Origin: the human T2T-CHM13v2.0 reference genome, Homo sapiens
DNA: 64,000 bases
Assembly: GCF_009914755.1 (NCBI RefSeq)
Contig: NC_060932.1
Strand: one strand, 5' to 3'
Under the pieces are notes generated by a model. The model was not told where the DNA came from. It saw only the letters and a list, made by a program, of their open reading frames with translations, and made no database searches. The position numbers and the translations under genes were made by a program. The first letter of the stretch is position 1; every line of letters starts with the position of its first letter. Positions 29,150 through 42,759 of this stretch are shown piece by piece.

Positions 29150-31680
29150 CTTTAGTTTATACGCAGGTGTAAGAAATTATGCTGAGCTCCCACATCACCT
29201 TCCTCTACTCCCCCAGTGCTGATGTCCTGCAACACCATGTCAGGTCTGCACAGCCCAGTGTCAACCCCCACCCGGCCAAGATGCGACCCAGCCACGACTT
29301 TCATGGCTGCACCTGAGACCCGTGTCTCCCTGCTACCCTGACGGCCACTCCTCTGCTCTCCCTCTCCTCCAATTTTGTTGCAAGAATGTTATGTAAGTGG
29401 AATCATGCAGTCTATAGCCTTTTGTGATTAACTTCTTTTCCTACTCAGCACAATTCTCTGGAGATTCATCCAGCTCATGGTATCATATTCACTCCCTTTT
29501 AGCGTGGGGATAGAATTTCATGGTCGGACATAACGCAGTTTGTTTGACCCTTCAGCCATTGAAGGACAAGCTGACGTAATCTCTTGTGCACAGTTTTGTG
29601 TGGACGTAAGTCTTCATTTCCTTGGGATGAGTGCCCGGGGTGTGAGTGCTGGGTTGCAGGGTAGTTGCAGGTTAAGTTTTTAAAGTCACTGCCTGGTGCC
29701 CTCCAGGGTGTCTGCACCATCTCATGTTCCCAGCAGCAAAGCAGCGGCAAGTGGCCTCTCCCCGGCCCAGGGCCTGGCATTGTCACTGTCTGTTATGTTA
29801 GCCATCGGGATGGGGCGCAGTGGTTTCTATTTGCAGTTTTCTGATGACTAATGCTGTGGAGCGTTCTCATGTCCTTATTTGCCATCTGTATGTCCTCTTT
29901 GTGAAATGCCTCTACAGACCTTTTGCTCATTTTCTAATGGCATCGTTGGCTTTCCTTTCCTGTTGGAGTTTGAGCGTTCTCTGGGTATTCAAGGTGCCAG
30001 TCTGGTGTTGGATTTGTGTGGATTGCTCCCACCTGGAGCTTCTCTTTCATCTTCTTGGCAGGGTCTTTCACAGAGCAAGTTTTACATTTCGCAAAAGTCC
30101 AATTTGTAATTATTTTCCTTTGGATGTTTAGTGTCAAGAGTAAGAACTCCTTGCCTTGGTAGACCCTGATTTTCTCTTTACTTTTCCTGACATGTATGTC
30201 CGGGGTCCACTTTGAGCTAATTTTATGAGATGTGAGACTCAGGTAGAGGCTTGTTTTTACCTCAGGGGTCCAGTGCCTCCCACTGCTTGTGCACAGAGAC
30301 CTCCTCTCCCAAGTTGCACACATACCTTCATCAAACATCAGCCCGGCGAATTCGTGCAGGTTTATTTCTGGGTCTCTAATCTTCTTGATCCAGGGTCTGC
30401 CCCTCCACAAGTGTCACACTGTCTTTACTGTCACTGTAAAATAAATCTTGAAATTGGATAAAGTGTTCCCTCCCACTTTATTCTTTCCAAAATTGTTTTA
30501 GCTAATTTAGTTCCTTTGCCTTTTCATCAAATTTAGAATAATTTTGTCTATATTTCAAAAATCAACTGTTGGGTTTTGAGATGCAGTCTCGATCTGTCGC
30601 CCAGGCTGGAGTGCAGTGGCACAATCTTGGCTCATTGCAACCTCTGCCTCCCAGGTTCAAACAATTCTTGTGTCTCAGCCTTCCAGTTAAAGGTGTGCGC
30701 CACCACACCCAGCTAATTTTTGTATTTTTAGTAGAGATGGGGTTTTGCCATGTTGGCCAGGCTGGTCTTGACTCCTGACCTCAGGTGATCTGCCTGCCTC
30801 AGCCTCCCAAAGTGCTCGGATTACAGGTGTGAGCCACTATGCCCGGCTAATTGTTGGGGTTTTAATAAGAATTTTGTTAAACTTGTACATCAATTTGGGG
30901 AGAATTGGTATCTTTACTATGTTGTGTCTTTCAATCCATTGATAAGCTACCTCGATTTATTTAGATTTTGGTTTCTTTCATCAGTGTTGTCTAGTTTTCA
31001 GCACACCAGTCCTGTAGAGGATGTGTTAGGTTCACACACATTTCTTTTTAGTAATTATAAATGGTATCATAGCTTCAATTTCAGCATCCACTTGTGCCTT
31101 CCTAGTATACAGAAATGCAATGGGTTTTTGTGTGCTTATTTTGGAATGAACCTTACATGGCCATGGGTGGATAATTATATCTTACATTGCTGACTTCTAT
31201 TTGCTAATATTATGTTAAGAATTTCTGTATCTGTATTTATGGGGGGTATTGGTTCATTGTTTTCTTTTTGTGTACTGTCTTTTTGTCTGATTTTTTTATC
31301 AGCGTAATACCAGCTTCATAAAATCAATCAGGAAGCATTCTCTCTTCTGTTTTCTGAAAGAGATTGTGCAGAATTGGTGTTAATTCTTACATAAATATTT
31401 GTTAGAATTCTCTAGTGAAACCATCTGAGCCTGGAGCTGTCTTTTGAGGACTTTTTAAATTGCAAATTTAATGTCCTTAATAGATACAGGGATAGTTGAA
31501 TTGTTTATTCCATACTGGGTGAGTTGTGGAAGTTAGTGTATTTTGAAGAATTGGTCCATTTCATCTAAGTTGTCAAATTTATCTGTGTAAAGTTGTTCAT
31601 GGTGTTCTCTCATTGTCTTTGGATGTCTGTGGTGTCTGTAGTGATGCCCCGTCTCATTCCTGATGCTGATCAGTGCCTTC
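29150..31680 (-). mobile_element. Old L1M remnant (3' UTR and ORF2 pieces)
   Basis: gtggaatcatgcagtctatagcc, ggagattcatccag, gtggtttctatttgcagttttctgatgactaatgctgtggagc, gtgaaaccatctgagcctgg. Confidence 0.8.
30574..30848 (-). mobile_element. AluSx-like SINE with short tail and small internal deletion
   Basis: Antisense Alu body; degenerate TSD aactgttgggtttt / aattgttggggtttt. Confidence 0.92.
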
Positions 31681-32863
31681 GCTCTTGGTTTTGTCATCCG
31701 CCCAGGCAGAGCTTTGTTGGTTTTGTCACCTCCTTGCAGATCTTTGAGGGGGAGAGTCTAGGCCCCCACACCCTTTGCTGGTGCAAGTAAGGTTGGTGCA
31801 AGTGAAGCTGTGGCCCCAGCTCTCTCTGCCTGAACGTTCTCTCTAGGCTCCCTGGTTTCTGGTCCTGTGGCTGGTGTGAGCGGGCTTCACTTGGGCCTGT
31901 TATTGTCTGCACCCCTTGTGTTGCAGGTTCCTGGCTTCTTCAGCTCCAGGTCTGGGATACACCAGGAAAAACCCATGGCTTACCCTGTGCCACTTCTCAC
32001 CTCTGGGGTTCCCAATCAGTCTGCTTTCTTCTCATCTTTCAGTCTTTTTTTTTTCCTTTCTATATGCTGTATGGTTTTTAATTGAACTTAATATGAGGAA
32101 TAGAGAGAATTACATCTTCATCTTCCCATGTGTGGAAATCCTAGTAATTCATTTTTGAGGAAAGAAAGTCGAGCTGAAAGGATCTGTCACTTTGAAGGAT
32201 CCTTCTCATAAAGGATCCTCCCATAAAGGATCTTTCAAAGTGATGATGTCACAAATGACCACTGTCTTTCAGGATGTGTAAATATTTTAGTTTTGGCTTT
32301 CTGTGCATTATAATCTTTATTTGAGATTAAATCCTTCCTGGGCAGCAACTTTACAAATGTCCCTGAATTTTCTTCTACATTCTGTAAGATTTCAGTTTGA
32401 ACTCATGAGCTCAAGAAAGTCTTCCTTGTACATTCTGGTTTTCAAGTGAAGACGGCAGTTTCAATTTGTACAGAAGTGATCATGACAGCACCATCAGACC
32501 CGAGGTCCCAGCAGGGTTATCTCTGAGCTCTCCTCTGTGCCCAACACATGACTTGACTCATATCAGATGCCAGACAGATGCTGATTGAATTAAATTTACA
32601 AATGCTGCTTCCTCACATCTGACGTTTGCCTTGAACCTCTCCATACCTCTGCAAGGTTGGCAGTTTGCGTGATTATTATTTCCTCTTTAAAGAAGAGGAG
32701 ATGGGGACTGAGGGGCTGAGGCTACTTGTCCAATGTCAGAATACCAAGTTCAGTGGCTGGATTAGGACCAACATCATCTGCTTTGACTTAAGGGGTCCAG
32801 AACTTGCCACCCCAAAATATGCAACAATAGCATATTGATTAGTTTGAGCTAAAAGAAACTGAA

Positions 32864-33108
32864 GGCCAGGCACAGTGGCTCATGCCAGTAATCCCGGAAC
32901 TTTGGGAGGCTGGGGTCAGAGGATTTCTTGAGCCCAGGAGTTTGAGACCAGCCTGGGCAACATAGGGAGACCCCCATTTTTAGAAAAAAGTAAAAAGATT
33001 AGCTGGGTGTGGTGGAATGCGCCTGTGGTCCCAGATACTCAGGAGGCTGAGGTGGGAGGCTCACTTGAACCTGGGAGCTGGAGGCTGCAGTGAAAAAAAA
33101 TTAAAAAA
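32864..33108 (+). mobile_element. AluJ, 3'-truncated (A-tail directly after gctgcagtga)
   Basis: AluJ diagnostics (cttgagcccaggagtttgagaccagcctgggcaacataggg). Confidence 0.9.
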
Positions 33109-33281
33109 TTGAGAGCCAACACAAGAATGCTCTTTGCCTCCTCATAAAATACCTAAATTAATGTATTAGTTTCCTCTTTTTAAAGGAACTGACACTGACA
33201 AGGAAAAGGCTCGTTAGTAAAGATCTTGTACCAGGAGGAGAGTTACTCTAGACAGCCTCTACCCCAGAGCACCAGACAAAC

Positions 33282-33576
33282 TTTTTTTTTCTGAGACAGG
33301 GTCTTGCTCTGTCCCCCAGGCTAGGGTGCAATGGCACCATCATGGCTCACTGCAGACTTGACCTCCCAGGCTCAAGTGATTCTCCTGTCTCAGCCTCCTG
33401 AGTAGCTGGGACCACAGGTGTAAACCACCATGCTCAGTTAATTTTTAAAAACTTTTTGTAGAGATGGAGTCTCACTCTGTTGCCCAGGCTGGTTTTGAAC
33501 TCCTGGGTTCAAGCAATCCTTCAGCCTTGACCTCCCAAAGTATTGAGCTAACAGGTATGAGCCACTGAGCCTGGCC
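33282..33576 (-). mobile_element. AluJ
   Basis: Antisense Alu: gagacagggtcttgctctg...catcatggctcactgcag...gagccactgagcctggcc. Confidence 0.92.
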
Positions 33577-34779
33577 CAGAGAGACTCTTACCTGCACAAC
33601 TAGGCAACTTTATTCACCAGACAGTGCCTTCTTGCACCCTCCCAAAACTTGCCTCCAGCACCCCCAAGAAGCCAAGCCTCTATTCCCTTCTGTGGCCAGG
33701 ATGCTATATAGCCCCCATCAGCTGGCCCTTCCCAGTCCCGATGGCCCCGGAATGTCCACCTGTGGGTTGTGCATGGTCACCCCTCCTGTCCCCACTGTCC
33801 CCCACCCCACCTCACACAGTCTGTGGCTGCTAAGTCATTATGGACTTGAACCTCCTGAAGACCAGAGCATTCTGTTCAGCACAATCACAAGGAGGTCACA
33901 GCCACCAAAATTCCTGTCTTTGGAAGCGTGGAGCAGCATCCACTCTCTGCCCCAATGTCACACCTTCTGAGGGAGATAAAACCAAAGGACATAATGAATC
34001 CCAAAGCAAAAAACAAAAGACAGTTCTCCCTAATACCCCCTCGCCACTCAGCCAAAACAACGAAACACCAACCAACTATTTAACCTTCACAAAATTCTGG
34101 CTCCTTGACAAAAAGAAAATGCATGGAACACTGCTCTATGAATAGAGAATCAGCAAAATTACAGATGGACCAGCAGGTGGGCAGGACGCTGGCTTCACTC
34201 TCAATCCCTGACATACACACTCCAGTATGGAGTGGAATTTAAGAGAGTCAAGTGCATCCTCATCTCTCATTTCCCGTTGGATCTCATTCTGCCAGGGGGA
34301 GTTTAAACAATTGCAACGTGCTTTCTCATACCCTTGTCTTAATGTACACCAATATTTTATATAACTTCTGCTGCGTTGAATCAGCCAGAGACACACATGA
34401 ACTTGTCCAACATTCGTTCTTATTTTAGTGTCAGTCTCTCGGGGAATGTGCCTTGATCTGTGTAATAACAGAAAACACAGTCCCTAGATTTTCTGAAACA
34501 ATAACAATTTCAAAATTCTTTTCTATTTTCCCTGAAGTACAGTTATACTTGTGAGATTGTGCCTTATTTAAACAAAGTGATATGAAACACTTTTTTTAAT
34601 GATTAAAGAATAATATTTTCATTGCATAAAAATAAGAAAATTCAGTAAACTATAAATAAGAACACCAAAACTATTCATAATCCATCATTAGAGGTAGCCA
34701 TTAACATTTTGGAGTATTTTTCCAACATTTACACATATAATTGAGATCATACTCTGTATGCAATACTTTTGAATATAGC

Positions 34780-35325
34780 ATTTAAAAGAGACTATTTTTT
34801 AGAGAAGTTTAGATTTATATAAAAATTGAGCAGAAAGTACAAAGTTTCCTCATACCTCCTCTCTCCAGTTTTCCCTATTATTTATATCTTGCCTTAGTGC
34901 GGTGCACTTGTTACAATTCATGAGCCAATATTGGTAAATTATTATTAACTAAAATCAATCGTTTAGAACAGTTAGAACTCACTTTTGGGGCTGTAAATTA
35001 TGTGGGTTTAGATAAATGCGTAATGACCTGTACCCACCATCACAACATCACAGAGTCTCACTGCTCTGAAAATCATCCGTGCTCCGTGGCTTCAGCCCTC
35101 TCTTCACCAGCCCTGGCAACCAGTGAGCTTTTTCCTGTCTCCATAGTTCTGCCATTTCTGGACTGTCCTGTAGCTGGAATCACACGGTGTGCAGCCTTTT
35201 CAGATTGAAAAGCCTTTTCAGATTACTTCTCTCACTTAGTAATCTGCATTTAAATTCTTCCACGTCTTTTCACGGCTTGAAAGTTCTTTTCTTTTTAGCC
35301 CTAAATCATATCCCGTTGTCTTGAG
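34780..35325 (-). mobile_element. L1MC-like 3' UTR fragment
   Basis: aaaattgagcagaaagtacaaagtttcc, gttacaattcatgagccaatattg, ccctggcaacc...tctccatagttctgcc. Confidence 0.7.
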
Positions 35326-37143
35326 TGAAGGTTAAAGTTCTTCAACTTCCCTTAAAGGTATGAAAATGAATGGATGGGGTGACGTCTCAGGGGAGGGAGT
35401 AAATAGAAAACCCAGAACTGATTGATCCTGATGGCTGATTGACTGGCAGGAGTACCGGCGTCATCTCTGGTGCCCCGAACGGATCCCTACAAGCCCCCTG
35501 CCTTACGAGCGGGTACTTCCCCTGCCAGGAGGGACCGTGCTGCGTCCCCCTGGGGCTCTTGCGAGGATGATGGCAAGCCCTCAAATAAAGTGAACAGCTC
35601 AATCGCCTCAGCAATGCTGCATTTATCAATAACAGCATCCTGGGCTGGGTGGGAGTCAGGCAGGGTCTGTCTTGTGAGCTCCTGGCACGAGAGCTGCATG
35701 ATGTTCTGAGCCTGTGAGTCATTGAGTAGCTGGAAGGGGCTCCGGGGACCTTGTGAAATTTGTGTCTTTTTAAATGTAACTATGATTTAATATCTGATGG
35801 GGTGTAATAAATATTTAGTAGCACATTTTTCTGCAGATGGCGAGGGAGGAGGTCAGTCCCTGTCAACAAAACACAAGTTGTCTGATTTACCGAACTTCCT
35901 GGATGGTTTGGGTTTGTGTAGAACCAGCATCTGTTTGAAAAATGCTTAAAAAATAATGCAAAATCTTTCTCCAAAAATTACCCAATTACCAAATACCACA
36001 ACTTATCTCTTTCTTCCCAGTGGACTAAGTGCTAAGCGTGGCTTCCATTTCCTAAAATAAAGTGCCTTGCAATTAAGTATATATTCAGCTACTGCAGTTA
36101 GATTTTCATGTTGGTGGTGCAGAGCCCAGTGGAGAGGAGTTGATTAACTGCTGTGAAAACCAATTCCATTTATTTTATCTTCCAGTGAATTTTTAAAAGG
36201 AAGTTAATATGCTGACTTATCTTGGAACAATGTGTCATTATACTCCACACTTAAGCCCTGGGTATTAGTTTTTCTATCTTTAGAGTGACCTAAATTGAAA
36301 AGCCGCTGCCATTCTCTCTTCTGATCTAGAGCTGTCTCTCAGTTTGTCTTTCTTACTTGTAAAGACTGAGTATCACCTCATCACAACATTCGAGACACTG
36401 CCTACGACGGTTCCGGAAGTTTGGTTCAGAAACCAAACCATCGTGGTTTGGTTCAGAAAGACTTGGGAAAATGAGTCTTATTTTGAGAGATAAAATGTCC
36501 CAAAGTGAGATTTGAGAAAATAGATGTCTAATAGGGTCATTCATATCAACCTCGGAGACAAATGATATTTTTTGCTCGTTTCTTTTTTGTGGGCCAAGCT
36601 CAACTATGTTTCAACTGCAATTTATTTTATTAGACTTTCTTTTTATGTAACTCAGACTTAAGAGTGACTATATGGAGACTAGAGTAAATCATGTTATGAA
36701 TTACCCCACATCCTTCACTCTAAAATGCAGTTTGCTGCCAGAATTATGCTTCCAAAATGGTCACAGATAATTACTGTGTAGGGCCCAAGCACAAAACACC
36801 CTGTGGGGAGAATCTCAGATTTTCTGCACAGCTGTGTTTCCTGAGACCTGACATTTTCAGCAGAGCACCGTGGAGCACGCACACGAGTAAGACGCATTCC
36901 CGCCCCGGCTGGCACAGACTCGCTGGAGTTTGTGAGGTCTGCCTGAGGAGAAGGACCATATCTAAAACCTAGTATCAGGATTTCAGGCTAGATTGCATCT
37001 TCCACTAAGTTTTTAAAATATAAGATTTTTTTAGAGAAGCAAAATGGGTAATATCGCAAATGTTCAAAAAGTTATATAAATACTATTGCATATGGATAAC
37101 ATAGGATGCTAGTGCTCATTAAAAACCTCATTATAGAAAATTG

Positions 37144-37440
37144 TGCCAGGTGCAGTGGCTCATGCCTGTAATCCCAGTGCTTTGGGAGGCTGAGGCAAGG
37201 GGATCCATTGAGCCTAGGAGCTGACACCAGCCGGGCAATATAGGGAGACTCTGTCTCTACAAAAATACGAAAATACAAAAATTAGGTGGGCATGGTGGCG
37301 CACGCCTGTAGTCCCAGCTACTCAGGAGGCTGAGGCAGGAGGATTGTTTGAGCCTGGGAGGTCGAGACTGCAATGAGCTGTGCTGACGCCACTGCACTCC
37401 AGCCTGGATGTCAGAGCGAGATGCTATCTCTAAATAAATT
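37144..37440 (+). mobile_element. AluJb-like SINE
   Basis: Full Alu body with J diagnostics and a degraded tail. Confidence 0.92.
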
Positions 37441-38954
37441 TAAGAAAGGATGAATTGTATTTGCAACAAGCCATCGTGGTGAGAGCGAGGGATTCGGGTA
37501 CCATGGAGCTCAACAGCTGGTTTTGAATGCACCAGAGCATTAAAGGAAGGAAATGACACGCTCAGGATTTTAAATTCCTGGATCAACTCTTGACCAGAGG
37601 CTCCTGTGACTGTCCTTAAAGAACATCTTCCTTCCCATCTGAAATGGATCCATTTTGATTGGAGCTAGCACGCTATATCTTTCTCTACCTCCATCTCTAT
37701 ATGCTGCAGCATAAATGCATTCCCTCACAAAATAAAATACATAGATTTTCTTTCTCTTTTAACTCAATTTCTTATGATTAAAAGAGGAAGAGCAAAGTAC
37801 TGGCGCCGATGGAGCATGCATGGCTGAGCCAGATTTGGTCTTTTCCAAGCCCCACGTCCTACTGGAGGGCTCAAAGACAATTACAATGTAGAGTAACAAA
37901 GCAATGCATTGCAATGCCTGCATTTAAGATATCAGGGCAAGTCCTGAGGGTATTAGGTACTTGAACATGAATCAACTGTCTAACACAGTAACTAGCAGAG
38001 TTTGAAAAGCCTCAACATTTGAAAATGCTCAGGGCCTCGTTTCCGTGGATGAAGAAAATCTTTGCAGATTTGTTGTATCTTGTATTAATGTTAATTTAGC
38101 TAAGTAAACAGATTTATTTTCATTTACTTTCCAATTTTTATTTAAAATGACATGCCAGTGAATAAAATCTGGAGACCAATAAAGTATTTGTGCATATGCA
38201 TGCATAATATACATAGAATGTACAAAATAAAAATATTAAAGAATGAATTATGAACCTCATTATGTGGATAAAATGCACTTGAAGTGGAAAATATTCCAAA
38301 CATGAAAGAGAATTTTCATTAGGTAGAGTTCAGAAATTGTGACAAAGGTATATCTTAAATGTATTACTCTTCTTATGTAAGAACATTTGTTTAAATTATA
38401 AGAATGCCTAATGGGTTGAATTTCATATGTGTAGACAGATCCAAATTTTTCAAAATGAAAATTCAATATTCATGAGACTCAATCTAGAAAATACATTAGA
38501 AAAGGAAAATATATGGAAGTTATAGGAGTAAATTATAAAATCCTAGTCAGAACTGATAAATAAAACACAAAATATTTGCTCAATAAGCTCTCCAAGGCCC
38601 CTGTATGACTTAATTTCTTTGTGCCTTTGTTTCATTATCTGTGAAAGAGCTTCAAAAGTTGCATAAAGTCAAATTGGCTTGAAAAATTTAAGAGCTGTAT
38701 TGATTTATTGGTCATTCTTTTGGCAAATACTTATCGAGTGCTTTACTACAAACACAGACGGTAGTTACAAACATGCCCCTAGCATGCAATTTTCTCCATG
38801 ACCAAATTCACTTATTCATTCTTTTGCCAAGAAGCAAAGATTCCCACAAGGTTTGCACACTCCATCTACCTTCCTTTCAAAGCCTTGCTGTTTCATGGCC
38901 AGCGATGAAAGACCAGTGCCCTAAAGCTCTGGTGCCACAGGCCAAGCACACCGT

Positions 38955-39024
38955 GCATATTTCTCCTGTAGCTCCCAGGAACTCAGGGCGCATATTTCTC
39001 CTGTAGCTCCCAGGAACTCAGGGC
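38955..39024. repeat. Perfect 35-bp tandem duplication
   Basis: gcatatttctcctgtagctcccaggaactcagggc occurs twice. Confidence 0.97.
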
Positions 39025-41909
39025 AATCGTTGTTCCCATCTCTAAGTGAAAGCAGGGCCGGGGGGCTAGTTCTTTCCCAAGATCTCAGCGAATGCCCAGA
39101 AGTGTCAGCCTTAGAATGTTCACCTGCTGCCGGCGTGTCATGAGGGAGAACTCCCAGGCCCTGGCTGGCTCCTGGGTGACTTTGGCACTGGTTTGACCCC
39201 ACCTCCAGGGCAGCGGGCCTGACTCCCAGGTGACAGGCAGGTGGTGATGGAGGAGGCAGGTGGTGATGGAGGAGGCAGGTGCAGCTGTAGCAAGGGCCGC
39301 CTCCCTTTGGAATCTGCCCAAAGATGCAAGCAGGATTCCCAGGAGGCACTGGCACTGCAGAAAAGTGATTGCAACAAGGACAGCCTTGAAGAAACAACCC
39401 TGACAACCTTTCGGGGAGACTCAGCCACTGTCTGAGAATTCGTGCATTTCTGTACGTGAATCACCGGTAAACGACAGGCTGTTTGCTCTGGAAAGCCCAT
39501 AGGCCAGATTTCGCATTCCTCTGTAATGATCTGATGCCTCCTCTGTCAGCTGTCTGCAGTCCCAGCCATCGCCTACTGCCCCACAAACAGCTTCCCAGCC
39601 ACCGAGGGGTGGAGTCTGAGGAACCTTATCTCAGACCCTTTGAGAACTCTCCCGCTTTGAGACTTGGGGCTGACCTTTCAGAAATGCAAAAGGAACACCA
39701 ACATACGACTTCATTAAGCCAAGGCCACTGGGTACAGTTTCACGTTTTTACAGATATTTAACCTCTCTCAGTTCTGGAATTTTGTTAGCATTTGAACTTT
39801 TGATTCATCTGACTCCAAGTGTTATAACCCCCTTGGCAACTGTCTAGACAGGTGCTGACTATGCAATGCAGTATTTATTATTACAGATCTGTCAGATTAC
39901 TGGTGGGACCGTGTCAGGATCGCTAATGGTCGTGTGTGTGTGTCTACGATCCCTTCCAAATTCTAAGCTCTTCATGGGTAAAGACTAGGATTTCTCTTCC
40001 TCTAGTGTTTCACGTAGGACTAAATAATAAGTATGAAGGAGTGTTGAATCAATGTTTTCCATTCACTTCATTTCATCAATTCATTCTTTATTCAACATAC
40101 ACTTGTTGATGCCCGGCTCTGTGCCCGACAAGATGGTAGCTGTGGAGACTGATCTGAAAAAGCAACCTTCGTGACAGGTGGAAGTTGGATGGGAACAACC
40201 CACCCAGACAATTAGGTTCCTCAGTTGCATGACACCAAGGAGCTGCTGTCTGGGAAATGCACTTATTACGAGAGGGACAAAGTGTGACTGAGCCACAGGC
40301 TCACCTCAGCCAGTCAAAAGGACTTGGGCACTGCCTCATTCAAGCCACCTTGGAGCAGACGTGGCTACGCTCCCAGCAGCCCTGTACCCATCGGCCACTG
40401 AAGATCTCAGCTCTCGTCAGCCTTGCAAAGCTTGCTGCATCTGAGTCTTGGGCTCCCGGTCCACTGCTTAAAAAGTTACTATCACACAAAGTCGAAAGTA
40501 GACAGTTCCTCTTGACCTGGAATTGTCCAAGTCAGCACCACAGGTGGTTAAGGCAGGCCCTCTCTCTTTCCTCTTCTTATTTTCTTGGCTTTAAGTCTGC
40601 TTAGGACTCCTGGAAAATCAGGTTAAGGGAGATCAGTTGTGTTCATCATTTTAATACAATGTTTATTGATCCACAGATGTGTGCCGATTGCTGGGATAAA
40701 GAGATAACTAAGATTAGTCTTCCTAAGCCCTGCTTTCCTCAGTCATAAACAGAACAATGATCAAAGCAATGGTCACAATAGTGCCTGGGGTGGCTGTCAT
40801 CTCTACGAGGCCTGGGTGCACTGACACCATTCCTGCAAAGGGAAGGCTCAGACAATGGCAGTGTTGATTACGGAGGTGATGGCTGCAGCTGCAGACAGCT
40901 ATTTGGCAAATGCTATGAACTATCCCTGATCTGCCCAGGGGAGGCGTGTCTGACCCTTCACCATTGGAAATCAACTTAATGGACTGTCCTGGAAAGGTAG
41001 TCAGTCTAGTCTAAACAGGAAAGACAACATTCTTATTGCTTGGAGGTTTACTCGAGTGAGAATTGAGTGGAATGACAGAAAAAACACCCATTGCTAAGAG
41101 CTATGTGGTAAAAGCTCAGAGAGGACAGAAAATTGCATTTCATTTTCTGATAGAACAACTTGTTACAAATTTACAACCCTGTTTTCCGCCAATATTCAGC
41201 TTTCCTCTTTAATGAATACGCTGTGGTCTCATGCAGCACAGAGAACCTAGGGAAATTATCCTAATTAATTACTAAGTTACAATCTTCCAGATGATGTAGA
41301 TTGCCTTTTTCTTGAAAATGTAGACGTTTGGGAACTGTTGGAGACACACACACATTCTCAGCCCATCACTCCGCCCTGTCACAGTACACGCCATGCCCAG
41401 CAATGTGCAAGAGAAGAAAGTCCGTTAAAAACACCCTGTACTTCTGGTAATTTTTTCTCTGTAATGATAAGTTATTAATAAGTATATTAAACTCAAGAGT
41501 ACACCTTAAAGAAATTCCGTAACCTGAAAAGTGTAGTCACATAAGCCCACGAGTTTCTCTGTGTTCAAATGGTGTCTGAGGCACAGATCTTTGTAACGTT
41601 GCATTTTCACATTTGTGTGGCAGGACAAGCATGGGGCAAGAGGGACGCGTTAACTGAAAGTTGCTGAAGACAGACTCCTGTCGGCCAGGTGTGGGCGGCT
41701 GCCGTCCAGAGAGAAACTCCTGCCACGTGTGTGAGGCTGACTGAACCCCGCACCCCGCATGCTCTCCTGGCTAAGCGGATTCAGGGCTGGCCAACAAACC
41801 CAGACAGGTACGGCCAGAGCACTGCTCCCAGGAATTTGGAGTTGATACCTGGGGACCACAACACGCACATCTGGGAACTGGAGCTGAAAAACAGATCAAG
41901 TCAGGGCTG

Positions 41910-42216
41910 GAGAGAGACAGAGAGAGAATAAGAGTGAGTGGGGGGAGGGAGGCAGAGACAGAGAAGGAGAGACAGACGGGGGCGCGGGGGACAGAGGCAG
42001 AGGGAGAGGAAGACAGAGAGGGACAGGGAGAGAGATAGAGACACTCAGAGAGATAGGGAAGCGGGAGAGAGAGGGACAAAGGGAGAGGAAGACAGAGAGA
42101 GGGAGAGAGACAGAGAGAGATGGGGAAGAGAGGGGGGAGGAAGAGACGGGGGAGAGAGAGAGAGAGAAAGAGAGAGGGAGACAGAAAGAGACAGAGAGAG
42201 AGAGGGAGAGGGAGAC

Positions 42217-42285
<69 letters not shown>
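41910..42285. repeat. GA-rich low-complexity tract ending in a pure (AG)~31 microsatellite (42223-42285)
   Basis: Directly visible. Confidence 0.97.
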
Positions 42286-42288
<3 letters not shown>

Positions 42289-42759
42289 TGGTTATATAAG
42301 CAAGCAAATATCCAGAAGGAAGAAAACCGATTCAGGACCAATGAAATAATTCTGGTTCCCACTTTGACTCTTTGTCCCAGCCCACCCATGACTGTATGAC
42401 AGTGCATATTATTCCAGTTTAGCTGGCTAGGAAACTGAGAAAGAAAGAAGGCAGGAGTCCACTCAGGGCACAGGCGGTGGGGACCACACGATTCCAAGAG
42501 ACACTGACGCCTTCATGAAGGGCTTCCGTAAAAAGTGGGAAGTACTCCGATTGCTGGGAGCGTGTTCTAAGTCAGAATGTTCCTGGTGGTTCAGGGCAGC
42601 TCAGAGGATGCCTCCTCAGAGGGCTTCCCCCACCATGTCCAGAGTATACCCTTTGCTCATGGCTCCACGCCTGCCTCACCGTTCTCAGCACTGATCACTC
42701 CCTGTCATCTACTACCTGCGTGTTTATCCATTTGGTCCTCATCTGACCCCAGTGGGGAG

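Larger units (their letters stand above)
32788..33780 (+). mobile_element. MER34/MER39-type ERV1 LTR interrupted by two Alus
   Basis: Start taaggggtccagaacttgccaccccaaaatatg...gattagtttgagct resembles the MER34-group 5' end; 3' boundary approximate. Confidence 0.6.

Noticed and set aside
35487-35640. Protein-like minus-strand peptide DAVIDKCSIAEAIELFTLFEGLP after a CAG
   Set aside because: Weak pyrimidine tract, short, and not recognisable as any protein; a tBLASTn or PhyloCSF hit would be needed.
41771-42497. SL/ER-repeat ORFs
   Set aside because: Translations of the (AG)n tract.
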